From positions 1-35,040 of the forward strand of contig JAMOTR010000038.1 of the NCBI GenBank assembly GCA_027068385.1: a DNA stretch of 35,040 bases, read 5' to 3'. Position 1 is the stretch's first letter, and every line of letters begins with the position of its first letter. The notes below the pieces were generated by a model. It did not search any database, had not been told where the DNA came from, and was given only the letters and a program-made list of their open reading frames with translations. The stretch comes from Candidatus Heimdallarchaeota archaeon (GTDB lineage: Archaea > Asgardarchaeota > Njordarchaeia > Njordarchaeales > JAMOTR01). Shown piece after piece: positions 1-9,746 of this stretch. Position numbers and translations under genes: made by a program.

Positions 1-2
1 GG

Positions 3-179
3 GGTTACTACGAGGAGACGCGCGGGCGGAAGGAGCTTCCCATTAAGGTTCCCCCGAAGAAGATTCGGTACAAGTCCTCGCTTTATAGGATCGAGAAGAT
101 CGAGAAGGGAGCCGGTTACAACAAGCCGATAAACATGGGGAGAGAGTTCTACTACGACGATGAAGTAGCGACCGTGTGA
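3..179 (+). CDS. 3' end of a gene starting upstream of the window (unknown function)
   Basis: The frame is open from the window edge to TGA at 177-179. Translation: GYYEETRGRKELPIKVPPKKIRYKSSLYRIEKIEKGAGYNKPINMGREFYYDDEVATV. I recognise no family. Confidence 0.35.
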   Translation, partial: GYYEETRGRKELPIKVPPKKIRYKSSLYRIEKIEKGAGYNKPINMGREFYYDDEVATV

Positions 180-203
180 TCGTGCTATTTTTGGTAGCGA
201 ACT

Positions 204-212
204 ATAAAAAAG
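204..212 (+). promoter_or_regulatory. TATA-box-like element upstream of the 237 gene
   Basis: tataaaaaa lies about 25-30 nt upstream of ATG 237. This is the typical archaeal TATA spacing for leaderless or short-leader mRNAs. Confidence 0.4.
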
Positions 213-236
213 AAATTCCCTAATCGGCACGATTTT

Positions 237-1013
237 ATGGGGAATATCATCACGAGGACGACGTTTAAGGACATTAAGAACAAGGTTCGGGAGTTCGTCG
301 GATATGACGATTTGACGGCCGAAATAAGGTCCTCGGATAAGAGGTTCGAGATTCGCGATCTCTATAGGCCTATAATTTACTACACTCGCCACTACCCCGA
401 TCTTGAGCCGATATTCTTCATCGTGCTCGCCGCGATGATGTTCCGGTTCGGTTATATGTTTCGCGACTATCTCGACACCATATTACTATTTTGGGGCATG
501 GGGCTCTTCTTAGTGATAATAGCCGTTTACTTCCTTAAGACGGACCCCAGCACGTATAAGACGGTATATTCTCTATCGCTCTACGAGGACGGAGGGGAGA
601 TCGGCACGTTCGATAAAAGGGCCTTCGAGGAGCTGGGGAAAGCGTTGGACGCCCGGGTGATGAAGTCCATAAGAATCTCGCGTGATACCCTCTCGAAGCT
701 CGAGGGTAAGCCTTTGAGCGAGATCTCTTTCGAGGACGTAGAGGGGAACAAGCGGGAGATTAAGATATACGAGAACGGCAAGGCGGAAATCCTAGGGAAA
801 AAGAGGTACAAAACGTTTCTGCCTAGTAGCAGTCTCTTCTTGAAGCCGACGAAGAAGAATAGATGCCTCGTGTACCTTACGAGGGGCCCCGAGGAGGAGG
901 AAATCGCTTACGTCGACAAAGAGACGTGTGAGAGGATCCGCAAGTTCTTGAGGGAAGCTCATAGAAAGCTCGCGGATAAGGTTAGAGAAATCATAAGCGC
1001 GGGTAGTTCGCGA
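237..1013 (+). CDS. hypothetical membrane protein (two central TM helices)
   Basis: The ORF runs from ATG 237. Hydrophobic stretches are PIFFIVLAAMMFRFGYMF and LLFWGMGLFLVIIAVYFL. The only in-frame CGA (1011-1013) lies 8 codons before the standard stop (1035-1037), and I take CGA as the end. I recognise no family. Confidence 0.45.
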
Positions 1014-1059
1014 GGTTTTTTGGGAAATGAATTTTGAATGTTCGTTCATAATCAATCGT

Positions 1060-2952
1060 ATGCCGAGACTTCTCCGTGTAAACCTAACTGACGGTACTTT
1101 TAAGTTCGAGGACATTCCTGAGGACGTTCATAAGCGCTTCTTAGGCGGATTCGGTTACATAGCGTACTATCTCTTAAAGGAGGTAGATCCTAAGGTCGAT
1201 CCTCTATCGCCCGAGAACAAGCTCATGTTCGCCCCCGGAGCCTTAGTAGGAACCGGAATACCCACGGCTTCGAAGACCATGGCCGGAGCGAAGAGCCCGT
1301 TAACGGGGACGATCATGCGCTCATCCGCGGGAGCCACTATAGGGCCCGCGTTAAAGAAGGCCGGAATAGATCTTCTAATTATAGAAGGCGCTGCCGAGAA
1401 GCCCAGCTTACTCATCATAGACGACGACCACGTGGAGATCAAGAGCGCCTCTAAGTATCGGGGAATGGACGCTATAGAGGTACAGGGGCACCTAAAGGCG
1501 GACTTCGGCACCGACTTCGCCACCGCCGCCATCGGTCCCGCGGGGGAGAACTTACTACGCATAGCCGATATAGACTCTGAGGAGCGTCAGTTCGGACGCG
1601 GAGGGCTAGGAGCCGTAATGGGCTCTAAGAAGCTTAAGGCGATACTCGTGAGGGGCACTAAGGAGGTACCCGTAGCTAAGCCCGACATGCTCAAGAAGCT
1701 CATAGCTAAGCGGGCTAAGATCATCAAGGAACACCCGGCTACGAAGGACGACATGAACTACGGTACCGCCGAGTTCTTCGACCGGATGAACCGCGAGCGC
1801 GGAACGTTCCCCTCCCGCAACCGGCAGCGGGGCTATCGGAAGACCTGCGTGGACCTAAAGGAGCCTCATAAGTGTCCCGTAGATCCTTATAACCGGGCCC
1901 CGAAGTATACCGTAGAGCTTCATCCGTGTCCCAAGTGTACGAAGCCCTGTGGACGCTACATAGAGGGAGACGATACCGAAGTCGGACACTTCCGCGTGGA
2001 GGGACTCGAGTATGAGACGATATACTCGCTAGGAGGAGCTCTAGATATCACGCACTTCCCTGCCGTAGCGAAACTACACGAGATGTGCGACAGGCTGGGA
2101 ATGGACGCTATATCCGCCGGACTCACGATAGCCCGGGCTATGGAGGCGTTCGAGAAGGGCTTCCTAAAGCCCGAGGACCTAGACGGTCTAGAGCTCACGT
2201 TCGGTAATCGGAAGGCGGCCTTAGAAGCTCTGAGGAAGATGGCTTACCGCGAGGGTAAGGTCGGGGAGCTATTAGCGGACGGAGTTAAGGTAGCCGCTGA
2301 GAAGCTCGCGAAGAAGCTCGGAACCGATGAACCGCTCAAGTTCGCGATACACGTAAAGGGTATGGAGCCTCCCGCTTACGACGTACGCGGAATCAAGGGC
2401 ATGGCGCTCGCTGTAGCCGTATCGTACCGCGGAGCCGACCACTTAACGGCTGTAGTATACGGTACCGAGCTAGTAGGAAAGCGGCGGGTGTTCGAGAACG
2501 TCGATCGCACGAAGGCCGAAGGTAAGGGATTCGAGGTGAAGATACACGAGGACCTGATGGCCGTATACGACGCTACCGGCATCTGTAAGTTCTCGAGACA
2601 CATGTTCTACCTAGAGGGCATACCCGAGCTCATCGAAGCCGTATATGGACGGAGGCCCACTAATGCCGAGCTCCTAGCTATCGGAGAGAGGATCGTGAAC
2701 GTGGCGAGGCTCTTCAACGTACGCGCTGGATTCACGCGCAAGGACGACACCCTACCGCGGCGCGTGATGCACGAGCCGATACCCGAAGGACCCTCTAAGG
2801 GCATGTATGTAAGCGAAGAGGAGCTCAACAGGATGCTCGACGAGTACTACGAGGCCCGCGGACGGAGTAAGGACGGAATCCCGCTAAAGGCTAAGCTCGT
2901 AGCCCTAGATCTAATGGAGTTCCTAGATTATGGAGTAGGATCCGAGGCTTGA
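1060..2952 (+). CDS. aor: aldehyde:ferredoxin oxidoreductase family (tungstopterin enzyme)
   Basis: I moved the start to ATG 1060 (MPRLLRVNLTDG...). AOR-family motifs are present: GRGGLGAVMGSK, CPKCTKPCGRY (CxxCxxxC 4Fe-4S ligands), YRGADH and GERIVNVARLFN. There are 13 in-frame CGG codons, no TGG and no CGA. CGG falls on family Trp positions (IA-CGG-AMEAFEKG, YYEARG-CGG). Confidence 0.9.
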   Translation: MPRLLRVNLTDGTFKFEDIPEDVHKRFLGGFGYIAYYLLKEVDPKVDPLSPENKLMFAPGALVGTGIPTASKTMAGAKSPLTGTIMRSSAGATIGPALKKAGIDLLIIEGAAEKPSLLIIDDDHVEIKSASKYRGMDAIEVQGHLKADFGTDFATAAIGPAGENLLRIADIDSEERQFGRGGLGAVMGSKKLKAILVRGTKEVPVAKPDMLKKLIAKRAKIIKEHPATKDDMNYGTAEFFDRMNRERGTFPSRNRQRGYRKTCVDLKEPHKCPVDPYNRAPKYTVELHPCPKCTKPCGRYIEGDDTEVGHFRVEGLEYETIYSLGGALDITHFPAVAKLHEMCDRLGMDAISAGLTIARAMEAFEKGFLKPEDLDGLELTFGNRKAALEALRKMAYREGKVGELLADGVKVAAEKLAKKLGTDEPLKFAIHVKGMEPPAYDVRGIKGMALAVAVSYRGADHLTAVVYGTELVGKRRVFENVDRTKAEGKGFEVKIHEDLMAVYDATGICKFSRHMFYLEGIPELIEAVYGRRPTNAELLAIGERIVNVARLFNVRAGFTRKDDTLPRRVMHEPIPEGPSKGMYVSEEELNRMLDEYYEARGRSKDGIPLKAKLVALDLMEFLDYGVGSEA

Positions 2953-2954
2953 AG

Positions 2955-2960
2955 TTTTTT
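2955..2960 (+). terminator. oligo-T tract after aor
   Basis: A T6 run lies 3 nt after the TGA stop. Archaeal RNA polymerase terminates at oligo-T. Confidence 0.35.
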
Positions 2961-3053
2961 ACACACTCGCGATTCTCATAAGTCACCACGATCGCCTCGA
3001 GATTTACTCCCGCAAAGGCCTAGGTTTTCTAGGGAAACCCGCGTATACACCAA

Positions 3054-4586
3054 ATGATTAGGAAGGAACTTACTCGCGATCGGAGCGGAAGGCCTATCGT
3101 AGGGTGCGAGAGCGGTAAGGGAGAGGTAAGGATATTCCTAGGAGCAGGAGCTCATGGGGACGAACCAGCGGGAGTTTTAGCGGCCTTAAGGCTAGTGTCC
3201 CGCTTTAAAGATCCGGACGATTTTCGCTTTAGGCGCGTACCGATTCGCGACCCTGCCGGACACGTGGGATTCCTTACCATATTAAGCGAACTCACCGGTG
3301 AAAAGCCTCCGGAGAAATATGAGGAGCTAAGGGAGTTCATCAAAAAACACGGGCGCGAGATATATGACGACGGTATTCTCTTACTCGCGGATTACGATAA
3401 AGTGATCATAGCCTTCGCCCCTCCCGAGGACGATAAGGGTGAGGATGCGATCAACGACCGCATAGCTACGGCTATGAGCGAGAGTTCTACCGTATATGAG
3501 GAGCTCTTAGGGAGGCATATATTCATGCCCGCTAATCAACCGAAGAGCGAGGGAGTGGGACTATACGGTAGAGGGTTCACGAGCTACGTATCGAAAAGCG
3601 GACGCTTGGGAAATTATAACCGTTTCTTCGGTTCTCCGGAGGCCCCTCCTGAGGTAAAGGCCGTACAAGAGTTCCTCGACGAGTTTAAGCCTCATTATAC
3701 GATAGATATGCACGAAGGGTACGACGATTGCTTCTACGTCGTGCTCGATGAGCTTAGGGACGGAATAGATTACCTACTAGCGAGGCCTAAGGTTACCTCT
3801 TTAAGGATATGTTCGAAGGAGGAGCTCGAGAGGACGCATAACGCGGACGCCCCTTGGGACGGTGTGATCGTATATAAGATACCAGATAGTCTAGCGGGAT
3901 ACGCCACGAGATACGGACACGCGATCACGACGGAGACCGGCTTAAAAGCTCCGCTACAGAAGAGGATTACCGCTCATATGCAGGCGTTCTTCAACCTCTT
4001 AGAGGTGATCAAGATAGAGGAGAGGGTGAAGACGGTCGAATGTATGGTAAAGAAGGCCATGAGCGAGCGGCCGGACGATCACGGGTGGAGTCACGTCAAG
4101 CGCGTGAAGACGCTCTCCATGCGGACTTCTAAACGCCTAGGGGCGGACGCCTTCGTCGTATATTTAGCCGCATTACTACACGACATAGCATCGGAGATAG
4201 ATCGTGAGAGGCACGCGCTTATAGGGGCCAAGATCGCTAAAAAGATCTTAGGAGAAGTGGGGCTAGAGGAATATGCGGAGCGCGTCGCGAAGGTAATAGA
4301 GGAACACTCGCGGGGAGAAGAGCCGAGTAATAAGGAATCGCTAGCGTTGAAGATCGCTGATCTCTTGGACGCTACCGGGTACATAGGTGCATATAGGGCG
4401 ATAGCTTATGGGGCTAGAAAGGGAAGGGACCTTAACGGCTTCATAAAACACGCGAACGAGAAGCTCTTGAAGATATACGAGCGGATTTCTAAGCATACTC
4501 GCGATGAAGAAATATTAGCGGAGGCAAAGAGGCGCCATGAGGAGCTCTTAAGATTCGTAGAAGTGATTAGGGAGGAAGGTTTTTGA
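3054..4586 (+). CDS. fusion protein: zinc carboxypeptidase / AstE-AspA-like N-domain plus C-terminal HD phosphohydrolase domain
   Basis: The N-terminal part has GAGAHGDEPAG and IDMHEGYDD (His-Glu...His zinc pattern of M14/succinylglutamate-desuccinylase-like proteins). The C-terminal part has HGWSHVKRV...LAALLHDIASE...IEEHS (HD domain). It is one uninterrupted frame with no in-frame CGA, so the fusion looks real. Confidence 0.55.
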   Translation: MIRKELTRDRSGRPIVGCESGKGEVRIFLGAGAHGDEPAGVLAALRLVSRFKDPDDFRFRRVPIRDPAGHVGFLTILSELTGEKPPEKYEELREFIKKHGREIYDDGILLLADYDKVIIAFAPPEDDKGEDAINDRIATAMSESSTVYEELLGRHIFMPANQPKSEGVGLYGRGFTSYVSKSGRLGNYNRFFGSPEAPPEVKAVQEFLDEFKPHYTIDMHEGYDDCFYVVLDELRDGIDYLLARPKVTSLRICSKEELERTHNADAPWDGVIVYKIPDSLAGYATRYGHAITTETGLKAPLQKRITAHMQAFFNLLEVIKIEERVKTVECMVKKAMSERPDDHGWSHVKRVKTLSMRTSKRLGADAFVVYLAALLHDIASEIDRERHALIGAKIAKKILGEVGLEEYAERVAKVIEEHSRGEEPSNKESLALKIADLLDATGYIGAYRAIAYGARKGRDLNGFIKHANEKLLKIYERISKHTRDEEILAEAKRRHEELLRFVEVIREEGF

Positions 4587-4594
4587 TTAAAAAA

Positions 4595-5869
4595 TCACAT
4601 AACCGCGGAGATAGCCTCCGAAGCGAAGTCGAAGAGGTACCGCGGGAGTAAGGAGAGCATAAGTACGATTACGATCGCTATGGCGAGGAGCCTATGATCC
4701 TTAGCTTTAGGTTCACCGTCTTCGAAGGCCTTAGTGATGAGCTTTCCGTAGTATCCGATAGAGATCACCGTGTTAATTATTAGAAGCACCGCGAGCCGCC
4801 GGAAGTCCGTGCCGACGCTTCCCATGAATAACCGATACTTACTCCGGAATCCGATGAACGGAGGGATTCCGATGAGGCTTAGTACGGACGCTATGAAGGC
4901 TACAGCGATCCGTCTACGCTTCACTAATCCGGCTAAGTCCTCTAGGTTCCTTATCCCCTCTACTACTATGAACGCTAATAGTCCTCCCTTCATAGCCGCG
5001 GTACCGAGTATGTGTATCCGCATCCCTATGAGGGCCTGATTCGTCAAAGCCGCTAACGCTATGGCCGCGTAGCTTGCGTGCGCTATCGTGGAATAAGCGA
5101 GGATCCTTAGGACGTCCTCCTCGTATAGCGCGGCTATGTTCGCATAAGTCATCGAGATCGCGATGAGGATAGCTAGGTATAGCCTTATATCGTATACCCC
5201 GAGGCTCTTTACTACGGCATAAGTTAGGGCCGCGAAGACCACGACTTTAGTTCCGGAAGCGATCCGTGGTAAGCTCCTAGAGTATCCGTTATCGAACACG
5301 TCTACGAGCCGACCGTGTACTGGGAACACGGGTAGCTTAACGAGCATTCCCGTGAGTATGAAGATAGCCCCTATACGCGCGAGCGTGTCGTCCACGATAC
5401 TTAAGAGCTCTAGCGTCCCCATCGAGATCGCGTACATAACTAGCCCTAGTAGCATGAGCGTTGATCCTATGATGCCCACGGAGGCGTACTTCTTAGCCGC
5501 CTCATACCTTCCTTCATAGGCTACTAATAGATAAGTGGGTACGCTTCCTAGCTCCCGCCCTACGATTATCCGGAGCCGGTTCTTACTCATAGCCGCGACG
5601 AGGGCTCCCATAGCGGAAGCTATGATTAGGGAGGAAGCTGTGGGATAACGGTCTAAAGCGAATCCGGAGAAGAACATCGCTAGAGCCGCGGATAGGCTTA
5701 CGAAGGCCACGAAGGCGTTATACGTCCCTAAGCCCGTATAGTCGAAGACGTAGGAAAGAAACGGTATCGCGGCTAAGATCGAGGATATCCACAGCCACAC
5801 GTTCGGCTTCTTTATATAAGCGCCTATCACGAGCGCTACGGATAGAATTAGGAAGAATACCTCATACAT
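4595..5869 (-). CDS. nuoN: complex-I antiporter-like subunit N
   Basis: A 424-aa polytopic membrane protein, third gene after the nuoL and nuoM homologues, overlapping nuoM by 8 nt. It has Mrp/Nuo antiporter-like helices (LPVFPVHGRLVDV, AYSTIAHASY). Confidence 0.7.
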   Translation of the reverse strand: MYEVFFLILSVALVIGAYIKKPNVWLWISSILAAIPFLSYVFDYTGLGTYNAFVAFVSLSAALAMFFSGFALDRYPTASSLIIASAMGALVAAMSKNRLRIIVGRELGSVPTYLLVAYEGRYEAAKKYASVGIIGSTLMLLGLVMYAISMGTLELLSIVDDTLARIGAIFILTGMLVKLPVFPVHGRLVDVFDNGYSRSLPRIASGTKVVVFAALTYAVVKSLGVYDIRLYLAILIAISMTYANIAALYEEDVLRILAYSTIAHASYAAIALAALTNQALIGMRIHILGTAAMKGGLLAFIVVEGIRNLEDLAGLVKRRRIAVAFIASVLSLIGIPPFIGFRSKYRLFMGSVGTDFRRLAVLLIINTVISIGYYGKLITKAFEDGEPKAKDHRLLAIAIVIVLMLSLLPRYLFDFASEAISAVM

Positions 5870-7172
5870 ATCCTACCACCTCCTTAATACCCTCTATAGG
5901 GGTGCTCCGTAGTACTATTAGGAACGCGACGATGATGAGTATAGCGATAGCCGCGGCGCGCTTACCGTCGATCTCCTTCCCCTCTTTCTCTTTAGGTCCG
6001 TATAACACGAGCCGTATGTAGTATACGGCCACGCCCATGAGTATCACGGGGGCGAACACGGGGATCAGCGCTATAGGGCCGTAGCTCATCATACCTATTA
6101 TCGTAAGTACTTCGGCCACGAATCCGGCTGATACGGGGACGGAAGCGGCTAGGAGTAACGATAGAGCTAGAGTTATTCCGAACACCGGCTTATGTAGGAA
6201 GTCCTTGATCTCCTTTAGGTCCTCCGTTCCGAAGAGGGATCTCATGGTGCCGTAGATTCCTAGGAGAGGAGCTAGTATTAGAGGGTGTACGGACATGTAA
6301 TATAGGGCTCCGGTAGTAGCGACGCCGAGCTTAGGTAACGCGATCCGGGCGAAGCTCATGTGACCCATCGCTAGATAAGCTACGAGCTCACGTATTCTCG
6401 AAGTGCCGAAGGCGGAGAGGTAAGCGTAGAAGACGGATATGGTTCCCCGCCGGAAGAACACCGCGGACCGATCCTTTACTATAGGGAACAAGTACATCAC
6501 GCGGAAGAGTCCGAAGATTCCGTTACGGAACATCAACGCGGTAGCCGTGGAGACGTTCGACTCCTTTAGGGTATTGATAAACCGAGTGTGTAAGGGGAAG
6601 AGGGGGACTTCTATGCCGAACCCTATGATCGCGGCGAGCGCGTATTTTTTCGGTAATGAATATCCGGATAGAGCTTCGAACGTGGATGATCCTACGTGAT
6701 AGAACGCGTAGAATATAGGTATGAGAGCTAGTAACACGGCCGCCTGAGAGAACGCTAAGTACATCATCGCGGTCCTCTTGGAGGCCGTTTTTAGTATCAT
6801 TAGGAGCACGGCTACTAGTGATATCTCCCGGAAGATCATCATGAGGACGATGTCGCGCGCGAGGAAGACGCCTATGAGCGAGGCCTCCGCGAGCATCGCC
6901 TCGCCTATAAGGTTTTCTTCGTCTAGTAGTAACACCATGGGGAGGACGAATATAATGAGGAGCGTGAGGAACGCGGAGTATCCGTCGAACGCTAGCGCGA
7001 AGGAGACTCCGTTGTGTAGATCGTAAGCGTATCTCATGTTCTCGCCCGCGACGTAGTACTCGTATAGCGGATAAGCCCGTATGATCGATAAGATCCGGGG
7101 ATAAGCCTTATGACGTAACTTAAACCCTACAAGGGCTAGGACGAACGAAAGGAGAAGAACATACTCGATCAT
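5862..7172 (-). CDS. nuoM: complex-I antiporter-like subunit M
   Basis: A 436-aa polytopic membrane protein. It has the VPLFPLHT-R-F motif, matching the H.WLP motif of NuoM/ND4. It overlaps nuoL by 4 nt. It has no TGG codon at all. Confidence 0.7.
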   Translation of the reverse strand: MIEYVLLLSFVLALVGFKLRHKAYPRILSIIRAYPLYEYYVAGENMRYAYDLHNGVSFALAFDGYSAFLTLLIIFVLPMVLLLDEENLIGEAMLAEASLIGVFLARDIVLMMIFREISLVAVLLMILKTASKRTAMMYLAFSQAAVLLALIPIFYAFYHVGSSTFEALSGYSLPKKYALAAIIGFGIEVPLFPLHTRFINTLKESNVSTATALMFRNGIFGLFRVMYLFPIVKDRSAVFFRRGTISVFYAYLSAFGTSRIRELVAYLAMGHMSFARIALPKLGVATTGALYYMSVHPLILAPLLGIYGTMRSLFGTEDLKEIKDFLHKPVFGITLALSLLLAASVPVSAGFVAEVLTIIGMMSYGPIALIPVFAPVILMGVAVYYIRLVLYGPKEKEGKEIDGKRAAAIAILIIVAFLIVLRSTPIEGIKEVVGYV

Positions 7173-8941
7173 AGGACCATCACCACCCCTATGATCACTA
7201 GGGCTATAAGGAGTATCGCGTAGCCCACGTAGCTCGTACGTAAGCGCCCGAAGTATCCTCCTAGGACGGTGAAGGCCTTAGAAACGTAAGCGTAGAAGAG
7301 GTCCACCGCCTTATCAAACTTGTATAACGCCCTTCCTAGATACACGAAGGCCTTAGCGATGATCGCGTATACGTCGTCGATGAAGTAGCGGCGATAGAGG
7401 AGATACCGTAGAGGCCTCCGAGAGGGTATATCGGACTTTATGTAGTATAATCCGAGGATGAGCCCCATCGAGGCTAATATGGTGGGGACATACTTCCGAA
7501 CCTCTATGGGGGATCCGAAGGTGTAGACGCTTACGAAGTTGTAGCCCTTCTCTAGCCGGTTTAGTAGATCGGAGTGATATAGCGGGAAGGCTAGTATCGC
7601 GATCACGAGCACGTATATGGGTCCGAGTAGTATCCGACTCTCCTTAGCCTCATAAGGCTCACCGCGGAAGTATAATAGGCTCCGGATGCGGAAGATGTAG
7701 AAGGCGGTGAGGAAGGCCGTGAGCACGGCTAAGACGTATACTCCTATGAGACCGCTATCGGCTATCGTGCTTATTACCTCTTCTTTACTATAGAACCCTG
7801 AGGTAGGGGGTATTCCCGATAGGGCTAAAGCCCCTATAAGGAAGGCTATAGCGGAGAGCTTTAGGCTGTTCCGTAGCCTATAGCGTCTAGCGTCGCGCGT
7901 GTGCGTAGCCACGATCGCCACGCCCGCGGAGAGGAACAGTAAGGCCTTGAAGAACGCGTGAGATACTAAATGATACATAGCCGCAGCGTAACCCGCTACC
8001 CCAGCGGCCATGAACATGTATCCGAGCTGTGAGATCGTAGAATACGCTAACACGCGCTTTACGTCGTTATCTACAAGGGCCATGGTCGCCGCTAGGAACG
8101 CGGTTATGGCCCCGAAGTACGACACGAACAACAAATCGAAGGTATCTAGGGTAAGTAAGGGTAAGCTCCTCACTACTAGATACACGCCCGCGTTTACCAT
8201 GGTAGCCGCGTGTATGAGGGCGGATACCGTAGTGGGACCCTCCATGGCGTCCCGAAGCCGACCTATGAAGGGTATCTGAGCGCTTTTAGCGAACGCACCT
8301 AGGACGATGAGCGTCCCTATGAGTCTCACGTTTTCGTTAAGCGTTCCTATGTAGCGTATATCTAGGGTATGAGCGTAGTAATACAAGAGGCCTATGGCGG
8401 CGATCAGTAAAACGTCTCCGATGCGCGTAGTGATCATCGCCTTAGCGGCCGCGGGACCGGTAGTAGTCTTACGATTCCGGAACCCTATTAGGGCATAAGA
8501 ACATAACCCGACTAGCTCCCGAGCCGCGAAGATGAGTAGAAGGTGGGGGGTCGAAACTAGTAGGAGCATCGATCCTATGAAGAGGGTGATTAGGGAGTAG
8601 TAGCGGTTGAGGCCGTAGGCCCCGTGCTCTCCGGTCATATATCCGGGGCTATAGAGGACCACTAGAAACCCTATGAACGATACTAACAAGACCATCACAG
8701 CCGATACGGAGTCGATATAGTAAGGGGTAATCTTAAATCCCCGCAGATTAACTTCCTCGCCTACGAGATTCGAGGAGTCCAGGACTACCTCCTTAAACGC
8801 TTTGATCGAGAGAATTAAGGAGCTAAGCACCGCTAAGGCGGATAGGAGGAACCCTACGGAGCGCCCGCGACGGCCCGTTAATAGTATGAAAGGCGAGGTA
8901 AAGATCGGGATGAGATAGATAAGCTCCGGCCGTGATAGCAT
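7169..8941 (-). CDS. nuoL: complex-I antiporter-like subunit L
   Basis: 590 aa. AA-CGG-ELVGLCSYALIGF-CGG matches the NuoL/ND5 WE.VG...LIGFW signature. Also AYSTISQLGYM and HAFFKALLFL. Confidence 0.85.
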   Translation of the reverse strand: MLSRPELIYLIPIFTSPFILLTGRRGRSVGFLLSALAVLSSLILSIKAFKEVVLDSSNLVGEEVNLRGFKITPYYIDSVSAVMVLLVSFIGFLVVLYSPGYMTGEHGAYGLNRYYSLITLFIGSMLLLVSTPHLLLIFAARELVGLCSYALIGFRNRKTTTGPAAAKAMITTRIGDVLLIAAIGLLYYYAHTLDIRYIGTLNENVRLIGTLIVLGAFAKSAQIPFIGRLRDAMEGPTTVSALIHAATMVNAGVYLVVRSLPLLTLDTFDLLFVSYFGAITAFLAATMALVDNDVKRVLAYSTISQLGYMFMAAGVAGYAAAMYHLVSHAFFKALLFLSAGVAIVATHTRDARRYRLRNSLKLSAIAFLIGALALSGIPPTSGFYSKEEVISTIADSGLIGVYVLAVLTAFLTAFYIFRIRSLLYFRGEPYEAKESRILLGPIYVLVIAILAFPLYHSDLLNRLEKGYNFVSVYTFGSPIEVRKYVPTILASMGLILGLYYIKSDIPSRRPLRYLLYRRYFIDDVYAIIAKAFVYLGRALYKFDKAVDLFYAYVSKAFTVLGGYFGRLRTSYVGYAILLIALVIIGVVMVL

Positions 8942-8954
8942 TTATGCGTCTGCG

Positions 8955-8976
8955 CGCATAATAAAAATAAATTAAG
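8955..8976. promoter_or_regulatory. A/T-rich bidirectional promoter region between the divergent nuoL and nuoA operons
   Basis: The 51-bp intergenic spacer contains cataataaaaataaattaag, which is TATA-like on both strands and lies about 20-30 nt from both start codons (8941 minus, 8993 plus). Confidence 0.4.
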
Positions 8977-8992
8977 TTCTACGAGATCAAAT

Positions 8993-9301
8993 ATGTCGCT
9001 TATCAGCATATTTGAAGCTACCTTAGCGGGCATTATCTTCCTCCTTATCCTACGGTCCGTTCATCTCATAGGAGCACCGAAACATAGAAAGGCGGACGAC
9101 GAGACTTATGAGGCGGGATATTATCCTCTAGAAGATAAGAGGCGCCTTAGGATGCAATATGTTAGGCGGATCATGACGTTCTTAGCCGCGGACGGGTTCG
9201 CGGTCTTCGCGATATTCCTACCGTACATCGCTAAGGAGGTAGCGCTTCCGATACTAGCGGGATTAGGAATAATTCTAGGAGCGACGTTTAAGGTGAGGTG
9301 A
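8993..9301 (+). CDS. nuoA: complex-I subunit A
   Basis: A 102-aa protein with hydrophobic helices at both ends, first gene of the plus-strand operon, immediately preceding nuoB. Confidence 0.65.
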   Translation: MSLISIFEATLAGIIFLLILRSVHLIGAPKHRKADDETYEAGYYPLEDKRRLRMQYVRRIMTFLAADGFAVFAIFLPYIAKEVALPILAGLGIILGATFKVR

Positions 9302-9302
9302 T

Positions 9303-9746
9303 ATGGGCGTAGGTGATCGGATTCGCGGTCACAGCCTTCGGCCCGTTCACTTCTGTACGGGATGCTGTTCGATGGAGATGCTAGCCTCAATAAGCTCGGA
9401 GTTCGACGTAGAGCGCTACGGAGTAATGCCGATGCCCACTCCTAGGCAATCGGACGTGTACTTCATCTCCGGTCTCATAACGAAGAAAGCTCTACCGATA
9501 GCGAAGCGCGTGCGGAATCGGATGCCCGAGCCTAAGCGGGTAATAGCCGTAGGCGCTTGTGCCGCGGGCGGCGGGCTATATCGGGACTCGTACTCGGTAG
9601 TAAACGATGTGCCGAAGCATTTCCCGATAAAGGTGTTCGTGCCCGGATGTCCCCCGAGGCCGGAGGCGATCATAAAGGGTCGGGTAAAGCTACGTAAGAT
9701 ACTAATGGGGGTGGCGAAGAATGGAGGAAAGAATAAGTCCGAACGA
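9303..9746 (+). CDS. nuoB: complex-I subunit B (N2 Fe-S subunit)
   Basis: Motifs CCSMEM, GACAAGGG and PGCPP (cluster N2 cysteines). SL-CGG-P and PK-CGG-VI fall on the conserved LWP and PKWVI tryptophans. In-frame CGA at 9744-9746 is followed two codons later by TAG (9750-9752). Confidence 0.9.

Noticed and set aside
581-1115. Many antisense or out-of-frame ORFs in the track. Examples: 581-811, 792-1115, 1167-1562, 4770-5039, 6439-6699, 8010-8279, 9121-9390, 16145-16459, 22066-22347, 24370-24774, 26222-26410, 30536-30964, 33821-34144.
   Set aside because: They lie entirely inside longer ORFs with clear family homology on the other strand or frame. Their translations are Ser/Arg/Pro-rich and low-complexity. 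They are shadow ORFs.
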